Shown: positions 38,169-51,980 of the stretch, piece by piece
Numbering within the stretch: position 1 is the stretch's first letter
How the letters are laid out: each line of letters opens with the position of its first letter
Source of the DNA: Leucoraja erinacea
Lineage: Eukaryota
Assembly (NCBI RefSeq): GCF_028641065.1
Contig: NC_073379.1
Location: forward strand, 20,894,001 to 20,958,000
Direction of reading: 5' to 3'
Length of the DNA: 64,000 bases
The notes under the pieces: model-generated
Databases searched by the model: none
What the model was told of the DNA's origin: nothing
What the model saw: only the letters and a program-made list of their open reading frames with translations
Position numbers and translations under genes: made by a program

Positions 38169-38483
38169 TTTAAGAGATATCTAGACCAGGACTCAACTCA
38201 CGAAGAGATGCTAGGCAATGGTCAAAAAGCTAAAATATGAAATTAAGATGCTCAAAGACGGTCATGGTTCCAATGGGCCAAATACCCTTAATTGTGCCAT
38301 GTCGATAGGTGAAAGATGAAAGAGTATATGGCCCATTCTTTGGAAAGTGAACCAAAAATGTCACACACGTGACCAGTAATATTTGACCTTCTACCCTAAA
38401 CAAACATTGTCAGCATAATATATAAAAACTTCACTTCATAACCACAAAAAAAAGAATTGTTAATGCAGTACAAAACAATATAC

Positions 38484-38760
38484 CTGTAATCCTTTCAGAA
38501 TTAGAAGAGATGTATTCCACATTTTTTCATCTGTTTGCTCACACACGTGACTAAGAATGGGCCATATAGCTGGGAAGCAAGTTTCTGAATGAAGATCTGA
38601 TTGACAAAGCCAACCCCAATGTGGGCATGCTGTGGACACTGTGAGTGTCTGGAAACATTTCCTTTCACCTGCCAATGCGATGAAGATCCTGCGATGGAGA
38701 CTGGGAATACAGGACTGGAGGTTTAAGAGTTGGTAAGCAGAAGACAATGAACAAACACTC
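38484..38760 (-). CDS. Tentative internal exon (SVCSLSSAYQLL...LLILKGLQ)
   Basis: 277-nt open stretch between a CCAG acceptor and CAG|GTATAT. Not recognised as a TE and the gene is not identified. Confidence 0.2.
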
Positions 38761-38934
38761 CTGGATTTGGATGAGAAATTATTTTTAAAAATTGACCGTA
38801 GAGTGACACCTTCATCTAATTCTGCTCACCACCCCCAAGATTCACACTCCTAGGGAGGGTCAGTCAGGGTGCAGGGGAATGGTGGAGTGGAGGGGGGGGG
38901 GGGGGGGGGGGGGGGGAGTATTCCTGTTTGTGCT

Positions 38935-39075
38935 TGGCCTAAATGGCTATTCGAGGGTCCAGGCAGCGACTTCCTGCCCTTCTTCTGGGCCTACGCCCAC
39001 GTGTCCCTGGAGAGGGAGTACATGGAGTCCAGGGGAACTCTGGAGTCCTTCCGTGAACCCTGGATGCCAGGTTGT
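38935..39075 (+). mobile_element. Tx1-like LINE 3' fragment
   Basis: FLPFFWAYAHVSLEREYMESRGTLESFREPW; a related piece lies at 51105-51215. Confidence 0.55.
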
Positions 39076-39699
39076 GGGGGGGGGGGGGGGGGGGGGAGGG
39101 GGGGGAGGAATGTGTTGTGGATAAAGATGACAACTTCATCATGTTATAATTGATGGATTAATATTTGCATACTGCCAGGCAGTTTTGATCTCTTCAGTAC
39201 TCTGTAGCTGTGATTAACTGAGTTTAATCTTCATGACAAGGAAAGAAAAAGGATTGACAGTCTGCCTTCTCAGGTCAACCCGCACCCATCTCCTGCACAT
39301 CCACTTACCGTGACCGACCTTGTACGGTCGCCGGGTCCAAACGGTTTACTTTGTGCAGGCTGCAGTCTTCGACCACCAGCCAGGGCAACAATGGGAATCT
39401 CCTGTTGTCCAGCAAGCCTGATCCTCCCCCTCTATCCCTGCCTCCCTCGCTCCCTGCCTAGTATTGCTTTGTACCTTCCAAGTTACAGCCCCTTCCTTCC
39501 TCGGTGTGTATTTAAGTCCAGTGACCAACAAATCTGCAATTCTTTGCAATGTGGGAGGAAACCGGATCGCCCAGAGAAATCCCACACAGTCCCAGGTAGA
39601 ACGTACACACTCCATACAGGCAGCACCCGTGGTCAGGATCGAATCCGGGTCTCTGACGCTGTGAGGCAGCAGCTCTACCACTGTGCCACCGTGCCACTC

Positions 39700-40050
39700 G
39701 TGACAAGAGGTTTATTCACCTGCTTGTGGACGGTGTGTTTGCCAGGGTCTGAAAGGATACAGTGGGCTGTGTCGAGGTTGAGCAGCTGTGCAACACAGGA
39801 CTCTGGACTTTGCAGGCTGGTCCTGGGGATGCCAACTGAGGCAAACATCAATTGCTGCTGGAAGATCATCAGCTGAAAGATGCGCTTTGGACTGCCGATA
39901 TAAGGGATATCCGCAAAACATTGCAGCCAACTGGCACATCCCGACGGGCGGCCGAGCGTGCTAAGGAACCACAGAAGTTCAGTGTAGCCACTGCAAAGGC
40001 TGAGTGGAGAACAACCACAGCCCTGGGTCATGGGGGACTGTGCCCTGTCA
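39700..40050 (+). mobile_element. Tx1-like LINE ORF2 C-terminal fragment
   Basis: EANINCCWKIIS.KDALWTA motif. Confidence 0.6.
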
Positions 40051-40321
40051 AACAGCTTCTCAAACGCTTCACTGATGCAGTTTGAGGCTGAAATGTTAGT
40101 GGCATTACTGCATTCTGAGGGTTGCTTGGCATGGTCAAAGGTCAATCCTGATTATATTTACTGTGTGTATTACGAATAGAGCATAATTTTAGAAAAATAA
40201 AAATTAGTGAGCCCTGAGCATTTTACTTTTGGAATCATAGCCTGTAAATGTTTGTCCTGGTACGATGGTAAATTTCAGGAAGCCCAGATGTCGCCAAAGT
40301 ACAAATCGCATTTCACTATTA

Positions 40322-40625
40322 GGATGGCATGCTGAAGCAGCGGTAGAGTTGCTGCTTTACAGTGCCATTGACCTTGATTCAATCCTGGCTATGGGCGTAT
40401 GTGTACAGAATTTGTACGTTCCCACTGTGAATGCGTGGGATTTTTTCTGGGTGCTGTGGTTTCTTCACACTTCCACACTCCAAATTCCGACAGGTTTGTA
40501 AATTAATTGGTTTCGGTAAAATTGTCCCTGTTGTGTATGATAGTGTCAGTATACAGGGATCGCTGGACGGCATGGACTCGGTGGGCCGAAGGGCTTGTTT
40601 CCGTGCTGTATCTGTAAAGTCTAAA
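40322..40625 (+). mobile_element. V-SINE (HE1-like)
   Basis: Full consensus from head to tail. Confidence 0.8.
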
Positions 40626-42278
40626 GTATTGCCCTGAAAAGGTTGTGATCATACGGATATAGTCGACCTCTCCTGATGAGACTGCAGAGGCTTAGCCTCA
40701 AGTGCTTAAGAGAAGTGCGCATGTCCATGGGGGCTGGTTTCACAGTGCCCAATCAAATCCTCCTCTCAGACCCGAACCCATGCTGCATTAGACAGTTCAG
40801 CCCAAAGTCTGAAATCCACTTTGGTTTCAAATTTAGTACAGATTTCATCTGCAGATTGCATACCACATAGACTACAGGCAAGAAGCATTTCAGACCATAG
40901 TTTGTTCCAAATTAACAACAGACTGAAAATGTTTATTATTTCACTGATGGAAGTATGGTTTACCAAAATATGTTGTACAGCCCACAGAGTCTCACATCTG
41001 TGCATTAGTCTGTTGCTGGAACTCCAAGATGTAATTTAATAATGGTACAATTAAACAAAACTGCAGCAGGTTATTATCGAAATTCAGACAAATGATAAAC
41101 AGAAAAACTTCAAACACAAGTTCCAAATAATCAAAGGTTAGTGAGTTAATAAGAGCCTGATTTCATGCGAAGGAACGCAGTCATGCAAATCAAATTAATG
41201 TTATTTCAAGCTTGTTTTTGAAGAGACAACTTTATTTATTGTGCCTGAGAATCTGCATCCACTTCAGTCCTGGCTACGGCAATTGTATTGACAGACCCTT
41301 TTTCTTTTCAGTCTAGTGCTTGAAGCCACGCACGTGACCTTTGCTCTGTGAAAGGTTAAATGGCATTGTTCTGCGGAGAAGGGATTTTAATCCAAAGCGT
41401 TCCCTCAGCAGCTCATCTACCTGCTCCAGCATCATCGACAACCTCAGCACAGCCTGGCATTTGACCCTGACCAAACACAAAGCGTTTTCGCCAGACTGCT
41501 GAGTCTGACACCAATACTTGGGAACAATGGCCATCTCTTCAGTTGTCAAAAGATCAACTCATAATCTGTCCTTCCTGTCTGAACCAACAAAACTGAGTAC
41601 CAGTTTTCCCACCACAATAAAAAAAAAATCCCAATCTTCACAACTGAAAACTGTCTCAAACCACCAAACGCTAGTGGGGAGACTATCTATATCTTTAGGA
41701 AAAAATGTAATCTGCAGACAAAACATTGTGAAATGCTCAGAGATTTAATTGCATTTCTGTGGAGGAACCTTCTTGTTACGTGGGAGGTTAACTCCCAGCC
41801 CTTTGAATACATCAGCGTAAATAGTCAGTGTTATTTTTGTTCAGTGAAAATTGTGAAAAATTAATTATCAGATCATCCAATTAAGTCAGTGTTGTTTTTC
41901 ACGATCTTAGGCTAATGCTACATTTCTTGTTGTGGATTCCATGACCAAAAAAACAATGGGAGCAAAGTAATTTATGAATTTTAATTTGATGGTGTAGTGC
42001 CAGTCATCTTTTACAACAAATTTTGATTGCAATTTTCAGAGACAACATTATAGTCACTATAGCAATGAATCACACATTTCCTTCAGTGTCAAAACACTCG
42101 CCTGCAGTACTTAGAATGCACAGCAATGCATAACAATCTTGTATGAACCTCATATGATGTCACTAAACATCAGGAAGCACACATTCATTTGCACTGGTTC
42201 TTGCACTTACGGGGATCGCTGGCCGGTGCAGACTCAGTGGGTTGGTGTTCCCCGCTGTATCTCTAAACTAAACTAATA

Positions 42279-42570
42279 GGGCGGCAAGACGGCGTAGATG
42301 TAGAGTTGATGCCTTACAGTGCTTGCAGCGCCAGAGACCTGTGTTTGATCCCGACTATGGGTGCTGTCTGTACGGAGTTTGTACGTTCTCCCCATGACCG
42401 CATGAGCTTTCTCCAAGATCTTCGGTTTCCTCCCACACTCCCAGGGGTACAGGTTTGTAGGTTAATTGACTTGGTATAAATGCAAATTGTCCCTAGTGTG
42501 TGTAGGATAGTGTTGATGTGCTGCAATCGCTGGTCGGTGCAGACTCAGTGTTGCTGAAGGGACTGTTCCC
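42279..42570 (+). mobile_element. V-SINE (HE1-like), preceded by another SINE tail (42210-42275)
   Basis: Consensus match. Confidence 0.8.
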
Positions 42571-42799
42571 ATTGTACTTGTACGTCATTGTACGTGCATA
42601 TGACAATATTCTCAACTTGATAGCTGCTGATGGATCATTGATCCAAAACCTTAACTCCACTTCATTTGCCAAACCTTATGCCTGATGCTGAACACTTTCA
42701 GCATTTTCTGTTTTTAATTTCAGTCACACAGGAGGCTTGGTTCCCCCAACCAACGCAATATTCCACCACTAACCCATAGCCCCCAACTGCACAGGCGCA

Positions 42800-43250
42800 G
42801 CTCATTTCCCCTCATCCCTAGCACTCTCTCCCCCTCCCCTTCACCCTTCCTCTTCTTTCCCCTCTCCTCATCCCCTACTCAATCCCAGCCTCACCTCTTT
42901 CTCTCTCTCCTTTTATCTACCCTCAGACACTCCCTCCCTCCCTCCATAACACCTCTCCCCTCCCTATCCCCCTCCTATCCCTCTATCCCCACTCCCTACC
43001 TCCCACACTCCCCCCTCTTCTACTCCCCGCCTCCTCTCCCTCTATTCCCCCTTCTCCCCCACTCTCTCTCCTCACATCCAAGCTCATCATTTCCCTCCCC
43101 TCCTACTCTCCCCCAACCCCTCCCTCACCTCTCCTTTCCCCTACCCTCAGTCACTCCCCACCTCCCTCAATAACTCCTTACCTCTCCCTACTCCCCTCCT
43201 CTCCCTCTATCCTCTATCCCCTCCCCCCCCCCCAACTCTCCCCCCCCAGG
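42800..43250. repeat. C/T-rich low-complexity tract within an unclassified repeat (42725-43881)
   Basis: Strongly pyrimidine-rich on the + strand, followed by a GC-rich segment that ends at the gap. Confidence 0.8.
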
Positions 43251-43881
43251 ATCTCGAGGTTGCCGCTCCTCTCCCTTCTTGCGTGCCCCGGAGGAGCATC
43301 AGCCATCGGTACGGATCCACGGCTCCAGCACCAGCAGCTACGCTGCGCCGGCGTGTGGGCGGGGGAGAGGGTGGTATCACAGGGGAGGGGGCAGGAGCCA
43401 GTGAAGGGGACCAGAGGGGAAGGGGCTGGAGCTGCTGGGGCGTTGTGATGGTGGGATGCTTGGGACTCACAGTAGGCCTGGACCCTCTCTTCCTCTGGGA
43501 TCAGATTCTCCGCTTTCCGTTTGGCGACATCTCCCGCAACTCGTCGGGCCGCGCTGCGCCGCTTCCGGTCCCTCCAGTTAGAGATCTCCGCCGGCCAACC
43601 TCTGCTCCAGTAAAGATGCGATGGCGCAGGAAGGGGCGGGTCGGCCCGCGGAGTTAATGGAGATGAGGCCAATCCGCGTGGTGCTGACTGGCAGGATAGA
43701 AGATCGAACTGTGCACGCGCAGTTTTAAAGATTTTTAAACTTCGTTAACTTTTACAATAGAAAAAGGAAAACCAGCACAGGAGAACGGTGAGTGAGCTGG
43801 CAAAAAATTGTAGCATTACTGCATACTGTTTTTGTGCAAATAGAAAAACCGCTCACACCAGACAAGCACAAGATCAGAGTT

Positions 43882-44059
43882 NNNNNNNNNNNNNNNNNNN
43901 NNNNNNNNNNNNNNNNNNNNNNNNNNNNNNNNNNNNNNNNNNNNNNNNNNNNNNNNNNNNNNNNNNNNNNNNNNNNNNNNNNNNNNNNNNNNNNNNNNNN
44001 NNNNNNNNNNNNNNNNNNNNNNNNNNNNNNNNNNNNNNNNNNNNNNNNNNNNNNNNNNN
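43882..44059. other. Assembly gap (178 N)
   Basis: Run of N. Confidence 1.
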
Positions 44060-45185
44060 TTGGGAATAGGTAGGAGAAGAGAGTATAGTGCTCAGATAGG
44101 CTGAACTTTGGATCTGCTAAGAGTTTTGAAGTTAGTATTTATCTTAACTTTCTTTCATCCTGTTTATTAAATGGCAAAGCAAGTTCCTTGCTGGTGTTGA
44201 CATAAGAGACCGCAGATACTAGCATCTCAAGCAAAACACAATCAACAGTCCAGGCATCATCTGTGGAGGGAAATGGACAGATAATGTTTCGGGTTGGAAC
44301 CTTTCTTCAGTCTAATGGAGTGAAGGGGAGAAAGCTTGTAAAGAGAGATAGGGGTGAGACAAAGGCTGGCAAGTAATAGGTGGGCATAGTTAAGGGCAGA
44401 TGGGCCGTGATTGTAACAAAAACAAGATGTGAAGTGGAGACAAAAGGGTTCCAGCAGGAGCAGACTCAGGTCTTTGGATTTTCAGCCTATTTAAAGGAGT
44501 TGCTGATATGTCCAATAATTTGCATTGAATCCAGTTCTATGGAGTACTACTGCAACGATAGCATTTAGGATCTAGGTTTGGAAAGTGTGTGCAGTAAGAG
44601 AAGAGGTTATTCTGGTTACTTGCTTTTTGCTTGTTGAGTTTGAGAGAGACCAGGTCGGAGGAAGCATATCCCATTTGGTGATGGAATTTAATGTCACCAA
44701 GTCATTGAGCATTCTTGAAGTGGAGATTGGTGGGTTTGTGTTTAGTACAAGTGTCAGGGGTTATGGGGAGGCAGGAGAATTGGGATGAGAGGGATAGATA
44801 GATCAGCCGATGGCAGTGTAGACTTGATGGGCCAAATGGCCCAATTCTGCTCCTATCACTTATGACCGTATGATACTAACCCATAGACAACCATAACTGG
44901 ATGAGCTTCAGCTTCAGTCCTGTTTCATTCCATTGGCCAAGAGTCTCATAGATAGTCTAGATAGATGTCTCACAAGGTGGCCGGCCCAAAGCTCAAAAGA
45001 GTGCAGAGGGAGTGGAGACTGACAGACAGATAGAAATGACCAGGAAGGTGGTACAGGACAACTCTGAATATCATCTTGCTTTCTAACCAATGTTAAATTT
45101 CAAATAATACAGGATTCTCCTGGGACTGCAGCCAGGAGTAAATCCTTAGCAATTAGCTGTGTGGGGCGGCACAGTGGTATGGTTG

Positions 45186-45401
45186 ACACAAAATACTGGA
45201 GTAACTCAGCAGGTGAAGTATCACCTCTGGAGAGAAGGAATGGGCGACATTTCGGGTCCAGATCCTTCTTCAGTCTGAAGAAGGGTCTCGACCCGAAATG
45301 TCGTCTATTCCTTCCCTCCAAAGATGCTGACTTATCAGCTGAGTTATTCCAGCATTTTGTGTCTACCTTCGATTTAAACCAGCATCTGCAGTTATTTCTT
45401 A
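45186..45401. mobile_element. Palindromic Penelope pLTR unit with two opposed hammerhead cores
   Basis: Centre TTCTTCAGTCTGAAGAA, ~88-bp arms, 16-bp TSD CACAGTGGTA(T/A)GGTTG at 45170-45185 and 45402-45417. It splits a SINE head (45163-45690). Confidence 0.8.
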
Positions 45402-46136
45402 CACAGTGGTAAGGTTGTTGCCCTCAAGTGCCAGAGACCCGTGGTTTGAACCTGTCCATGGGTGCTGTCTGTATGGAGTTTGTTTGTATCTTCTCTGCAT
45501 AGGTTTTCTCCGGGTGCACTGGTTTCCTCCCGCATTTCAAAGATTTGCAGGTTTGTAGGGTAATTGGCTTCTGTAAATTATCCCTAGTCTGGAGGATAGA
45601 ACTAGTCTAGTCAGTGGATAGAACTAGTGTAGTCAGTGGATCAGTGGTCAGCGCGGACTCAATGTTTCCATGCTGTACCTCTTAAACAAAACAAAAAATA
45701 ACATAGGAGGAAGGTTAAGAGATCAATGGCTGTGGAAGAACCTACAGCTGGAGATTCAGAGAGGAATTCCTGTAGTCACAGACATCACCCCCCACTGTAT
45801 ATTGCCACCCTGCTGCCAGTGTAAAGTGCTGTTGAGCATTACTCTCTGACTTATTCATCTTGAAGTAACTGTCCCCTTTTGCCAAACCATTTTTCACTCG
45901 TCAAACTGCCCTGACGCCAGTGTTGACCTTTTGTTATCTTTATCCTTTGCCCTAAGCTATGTTAAAGCTATCTGAATTATGATCACAAGCACAAAAATGC
46001 TCTCCCACTGATACCCCTGCCATCCATCCAGTTGAATTCCTTGTAAGTAAATTCAGAATTACCCCTCTACTGACCTCTCACTTTGTAAAAGAGTGTTGCT
46101 GAATGCCGTTTCAGAATTCTATCTCTTCCATAACAA

Positions 46137-46448
46137 TTAGTTTAGTTTAGAGATGCAGCGCGGAAACAGGTCCATTGGCCGACCGAGTTTGCGCCAACCA
46201 GCGATCCCCGCACATTAACACTATCCTACACACACTAGGGCCAATTTACACATACACCAAGCCAATTAACCTACATACCTGTAAGTCTTGGGAGTGTGGG
46301 AGGAAACCAAAGATCTGGGATAAAACCCACGTGGTTACGTGGAGAATGTATAAACTCCATACAGACAACACCCTTGGTCGGGATCGAACCCAAGCCACCG
46401 GCGCTGCAAGTGGTGTAAGGCAGCAACTCTGCAAAATCTTGCCGCCCT
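46137..46448 (-). mobile_element. V-SINE (HE1-like)
   Basis: Reverse complement of the full consensus. Confidence 0.85.
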
Positions 46449-47759
46449 TTTGACTGACACTATTCAAGTTAATAGAGGTGATTGGAACTTCATACTTTTA
46501 CCATTCCAGTCCTTTTCAATTTGTCAAAAACTTGCCTGCAGTCTACCTAGGACTGCTTGGAGGTCCACAATATGCACCTATCGCTGCAATTGTCTCAATT
46601 GTTGATCCTCATCAATCCACATTAGAATCAGAGTCATACAGCCTGGAAACTTGCCCCACCTTCCATGGTTGGCTCATATCCCTCTAAACCTTTCCTATAT
46701 ATGTACCTGTCCAAACGTGTGTTAAATGTTATTATAGCACCAGCCGCAACTACCTCCTCAGGCAGCTAGCTCCATAGGGTGTGTGAAAAGGTGACCCTCG
46801 GGTTCCAATTAAATCTTTCTCCTTTCGCCTTAAACGATCCTCTGGTTCTTGATTCCCCTACTTTGGGTAAAAGTGCATTTACCCGATCGATTCCTGTCTA
46901 TTTGATAATCAGATTTGATAATCAGTCTTAAATATTGAACCCACTCACAGTTATAAGAGTTGCTTTAACTAAAATTTCCACCAACACCTGCAATTTTTAC
47001 ACCTCTGTCTTGAGTGGAAAGCCGGTAACCTAAATATTCAATTACATCCCCTCTTTTTGTTGCCATCTCTCAGTAATAATCACATGGTGGTAAATTTTAG
47101 TTGGCAGTGCCTCCAACTAATTTATTTGATTCAGTCAACTTTTTGCATTGTTATATACTAGTAAAAACACATCTAAATTCCTTTCCGTTTGCTATCCTTT
47201 GCCTAATCTGTCTTTCAAATCCTCCATTTCCTGTTATTTTTTTCCTTCTTTGAACAGACACTCAACTTCCCATACCTCTGCCAAGCTAGATAAAACCCTC
47301 CCTAATTGCTGGAAAATCTACCCATGTAGCTACTGGCTCTGCTGCGGTGCAACCTGTCCATTGCTTCATTCCTCAAGACTGGTCTCAATGTCCAAATATG
47401 CAGAAGCCCTTCCTTACCTGCACCATATCCACAGTCACATGCTTATCTGCACTGTCCTTTCCATACCCAGAGTAGTGTGGGCACTAACAATAATCCATAC
47501 CTGAGGCGCTGTTTCTTCATCTCTTTCCTAACTTCTTACATTTTTCCCCCATCCTTTTTCGTCTGTATTTTGTATCAATTTGTGTCGTGTTGGTGTGGAC
47601 ATTGCAAAGGTTCGAATCACATTTTTCAAAATCTCCATGGCCACAGGATAAAGGCAGAGGACTGGTACATTGCTAATGATGCACTGTTGATGAAGGCATG
47701 TGACAAATAAATATAGATCAGTTTGTTTTACTTTAGCAATGGGCATGTTGCTTGAATCC

Positions 47760-48150
47760 ATTCTGCCCAATCCATCACTGGCTCTGACCTCCCCATCATC
47801 GTAGGGATTTATAAGAATCGCTGCCTCAAAAGGGCAGCCAACATCATCAAAGACCCCCACCATCCTGGCCACACACACATCTCACCAATGCCACCGGGAA
47901 GAAGGTACAGGAGCCTGAGAACTGTAACATCCAGGTTCAGCAACAGCTTCTTCCCTACAGCCATCAGGCTATTAAAGACTATAATCTCATAAGCACTGAA
48001 CTACAATAGACTATTATTGCACAGTTATTGTTTGTTTTTTTAATTTTTTTGTAATATTATTTATTATTATTACTTATTCTGTTGTGCTGCAGCAAGTAAG
48101 AATTTCATTGTTCTATCTGGGACATATGACAATAAAACACTCTTGACTAT
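47760..48150 (+). mobile_element. Rex1/Babar-type LINE 3' end
   Basis: AANIIKDPHHPGH...GRRYRSLRTVTSRFSNSFFPTAIRLL plus 3' UTR. Confidence 0.75.
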
Positions 48151-50749
48151 TGAATATAGTAAACCATCATAGCAGAGAACTCTCTGATCTATGGGCTGTA
48201 ATTTTGGTCCACACTGAACTGAACAATAAATGGTGTTGGAAAACCATCTATTCTGTCAAAGGCACACTTTGGCATACCCAAAACTTGTGGTTTTATAGCA
48301 CAATTGTCCATTTAGGAATGCTGCCATGTATTGCATTCCAGGCTGCAGGATTAAGTGCTGGGGGTCACGCTGAAGATCGGTGCAACCAATGCAGAGGTTT
48401 TCTGGGCAAGGACTACAGTTGAAGATTCTTCTGTCACTGGGCGCTGGACACCGAAGGGTTAGGTCACGTATAAAGTGCATTATTCAAAGAGACCACATTT
48501 GTACATGGAATGTATTAGCGTGAATGGCACAAAGAGAGTATAGCCTGGGCAACACCTTGAATGCAAAGAAAGCTGTGTGCTCTGTAGTGATTCCTGAATA
48601 CTTCATTGTTCCATTTCCATTGCATTTAACAAATCAAGCACCCTTGACTCTCTTGGGTATACATTTATGAATTAAGTTCATTTTTGGAAATAAAAAAGTG
48701 ACTTAAATCATCTGCAGACATATTTAGTTGGTGTCCTGATTCCTGAAAGTACTCCCTATTTTTTATGTTCCAGCGTGAAAAACTGTATGATAGGCACAAA
48801 ATGCTGGAGTAACTCAGCGGGCCAGGTAGCATCTCTGTATAGGTGATTTTTCGGGTCGAGACACTTCTTCAGACTGAGAGTCGGGGGAGAGGGAGACACA
48901 GAGATAAGGAAGTGTAAGGTGCGAAAACGAGACATCAAAGGGGATGGGCTCAAGTAAAATGTAGAATAGATCATTGTTAGCTAGGAGAAGGTGACAACGA
49001 AGCAAACAGAGATAAAATGTAATCGGGGACAGTCAGAATGGTCAGAGAATTAGGAAGGGGGAGTAAAACAGTGTGATTGCTGCCGTTTAAACACACATGA
49101 CGTATGTGTACACATTGTAGGTGTGCGCAATAAGAGCAGAAAGTAGTGGGTCTTATTGCAGTGTGGTCAAATTTCTAGACTGTGCACCAGCTCTACGTAC
49201 TCTAATTCGTTTGTAATATGCATTGAAAGTATCTTAAGTCTGGAGAAAACAAAGACTAATTGCTATTGAATAGACTTGTAAAACTGATTTAAGACTCACA
49301 TTAAAATTAATTAAAGACACATGCATCGTAATTGATCAGTTGGGATATAGGGAAACGTGTAATTTCAATCATTTTCAAGGTAATAAAATGTGTGAAAGGT
49401 ATGAATTATTTACATTTGGGGATAGATTAAAGCAATCTGTTTCTTGCTAGCCCTGGGATGAGCTTAAAATACTGCAAACCCAATTACTTCTTTGGCCACT
49501 TACTGGATTACAGTGTCAACCTTGTCTCCTTAACAAATGAGATGAGCTTCTGTGCAAAAATTTTGCGGGGATTGTTATTACCTTGGGACCAAGAGATAGT
49601 TAATGGAGCTCCCAAAGGGTATGCATATGTTTTGTACTGAAATTGAAGACCAGGGGGATGATTGAGAGAGATTGATTTGCGAGGTAACAGATAGATGTAT
49701 CAAATTGAGATCGGGAAACTAAAGTTAGAACAACTCTTAGCAGATATTCCTGATAAAAAAATGCTGGAAAGTTTGCAGAAAAATTCATGAGGATGATATA
49801 GGGACTCGATGGCTCGAATTATAATGAGAGTCTGAAAATACTGGGCCATTTTTCCCTGGAGTATAGAAGACTGAGGGGTGACCTTATTGTGATTAATACA
49901 ATCATGAGGGGCATAAATAAGGTGAATGGTCACCGTCTTTTCCGCGTGGTGGGGGGAGTCTAAAGTTATAGGGCGGAAACAAGGAACTGCTAATGCTGAA
50001 ATGTTGCGCAAAAGACAAAACGCTAGAGTAATCAGCAGGTATGACAGAATCTCTGGAGGACAAGGATTGGTTTGGGACCCTTCTTCTGTTCCTCCAACAC
50101 GTTGTGTTTTACTCACAACTGGAAGATATACGTTTAAGGTGGGAGGGAAAAGATTTTAAGGGGACCTGATGGACAATTTCCACACAGAGAATGGTGGGTA
50201 TGTGACATGAGCTGCCAGAGGAAGTTGTAATGGCAAGTATAATTGCTATGTTCGAAAGACGTTTAGACAGGTGTATGGAATGTTGTTCCCAGTAAGACCA
50301 TGACCTGGTCAATAGTGAAGACAGACACCCTTCTTCATATGTTTCGACCCCAAACTTCACCTATTCCTCTTCTCCAGAGATGCTGCCTGATCCACCGAGT
50401 TATCTAGAACTTTGTGTCTATCGTTGGTGCAAAACAGCATCAGCAGTTTCTTCTTACACATCTAGTCAATAATGTTGTTGATGTGCATGGAAGTGACTGA
50501 ATAGACCTAACAGTGCTTGAAAGCCCCTTCCACACAGGCAGCAGAGGTGAAGGGATGCTGTAACATCAGTGATCTCCATTTGTGTGATTTATTTTCCTGC
50601 CTGCTTCCTCCATTCTAGCTCCCCCTTGTGAACACGCACCACTTGTTACAGTATGTGTGGACTCCAAACAGGACCAACCAGTGCTCAATGTTCTTTTTGG
50701 TGCATGTGTCAATGTTGAAACTCTTCAGTGATGTTATAACGGTCTTTGA

Positions 50750-51670
50750 ATCTCTTTTCCTGTCCACCACATGTTTGTACGCCGTCACCATTAAGTAGTT
50801 ACTTTGCTATTTTGTTGCCTGGCATTCTTCTGACCATTTTTTGCCCACCAGATCTGTGATTCTTTCAGTAATCTGTAAATGCTGGAAAATTGTGTCTGGG
50901 ATGGAATCTCTGTGTCTGGAATCTTGTCTTGCCACTTGAAGTGAAGTATTCTGTACATGCAGATCGCGTGGGAGTGTTTGGGCAGTCCTGCATGTCTGGT
51001 GTACAATAAAGGCACGAAAGCAGAGGTGAACTGCTTGCTCCTCTTCCAAGCTTACGTCCGTGCCCAAGTGTCCCTGTAGAGGGAGCAAGCGGTGCCCAAG
51101 TGAACACCCTGCCCCTCTTCCGGGCTTACATCAGCGCCCAGGTATCCCTGGAGAGGGAGCACATGGTGGCACCTTGACCGCTTTCCGGGACTGCTCGGTG
51201 TCGCAGGGGCCTGAGCGCTTCACAGACAAAAGTAACAATGTTTTGGTTTGATTCTTTTTGATATACATTTATTTTTAGATAGATGTTCAAGTTCAAGTTC
51301 AAGTTCGTGTTTATTGTCACTTAACCAACTACGGTGCAGGGGTATCCTTATAGTAGAGTTTTCTCTTTGATTTTGTACCTGTAAATAAATGTACAGAGGT
51401 GAATAAAATGGGTATTACAACAGTTTGACATATCTTGACCTTTAGGCTGATCCCTCTTCATTTTCATACTTTAATGTTCAGTCTTCCAGAAGCAGAACTG
51501 TTTTTTTTTTAAATCCCGTTGTTGACTTTGTTTTCAAGGTTGACTGAACATGAGCGAGTGCTGCCCAGTATTGTGAACTTGCCCACCACTGAGAGTCTCT
51601 GACCATTCACAGTGAAGTTTGGTCCTATGGATGGTTCTATGGATGGTTCTATGGATGGTTTCTCATGCAT
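50750..51670 (-). mobile_element. RTE-type LINE fragments, interrupted
   Basis: VNGQRLSVVGKFTILGST and RILHFKWQDKIPDTEI. Confidence 0.65.
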
Positions 51671-51695
51671 TGCTTTTGGTTGAGCATCCCCTAAT

Positions 51696-51980
51696 GCCCC
51701 TGTCCCACTTAGGAAACCTGAACGGAAAGCTCTGGAGACTTTGCGCCCCACCCAAGGTTTCCGTTTAGTTCCCAGAGGTTCCCGAAGGTTTTTGTCAGTC
51801 TCCCAAATGGTCGAAAATGGTTTCTGCTTCTTCTATGTTCTGCCGATCATTTCAAAAAATTCTAAACCGTCCGCGACTAAAAATAGATTGCCGTTTTAAA
51901 AATCGGTAATTTTTTAGTCGAAGCCGGTTGCGATGCTAGTTGAAGGTGGTTGCCGGAGGTTGCAGGTAGTGGAAGGTAAG
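51696..51980. mobile_element. Truncated Harbinger-type MITE, related family
   Basis: TAA followed by TGCCCCTGTCCCACTTAGG, similar to the TIR at 23242; the other end was not found. Confidence 0.55.

Noticed and set aside
39675-40145. 156-aa minus-strand ORF as a host exon
   Set aside because: The plus strand matches a Tx1-like ORF2 C-terminus, so the ORF is antisense to a TE fragment
41313-41549. Protein-like minus-strand ORF as an exon
   Set aside because: An in-frame stop lies between it and the nearest plausible acceptor, and no homology is recognisable
43788-44073. ORFs spanning the N run
   Set aside because: Assembly gap artefact
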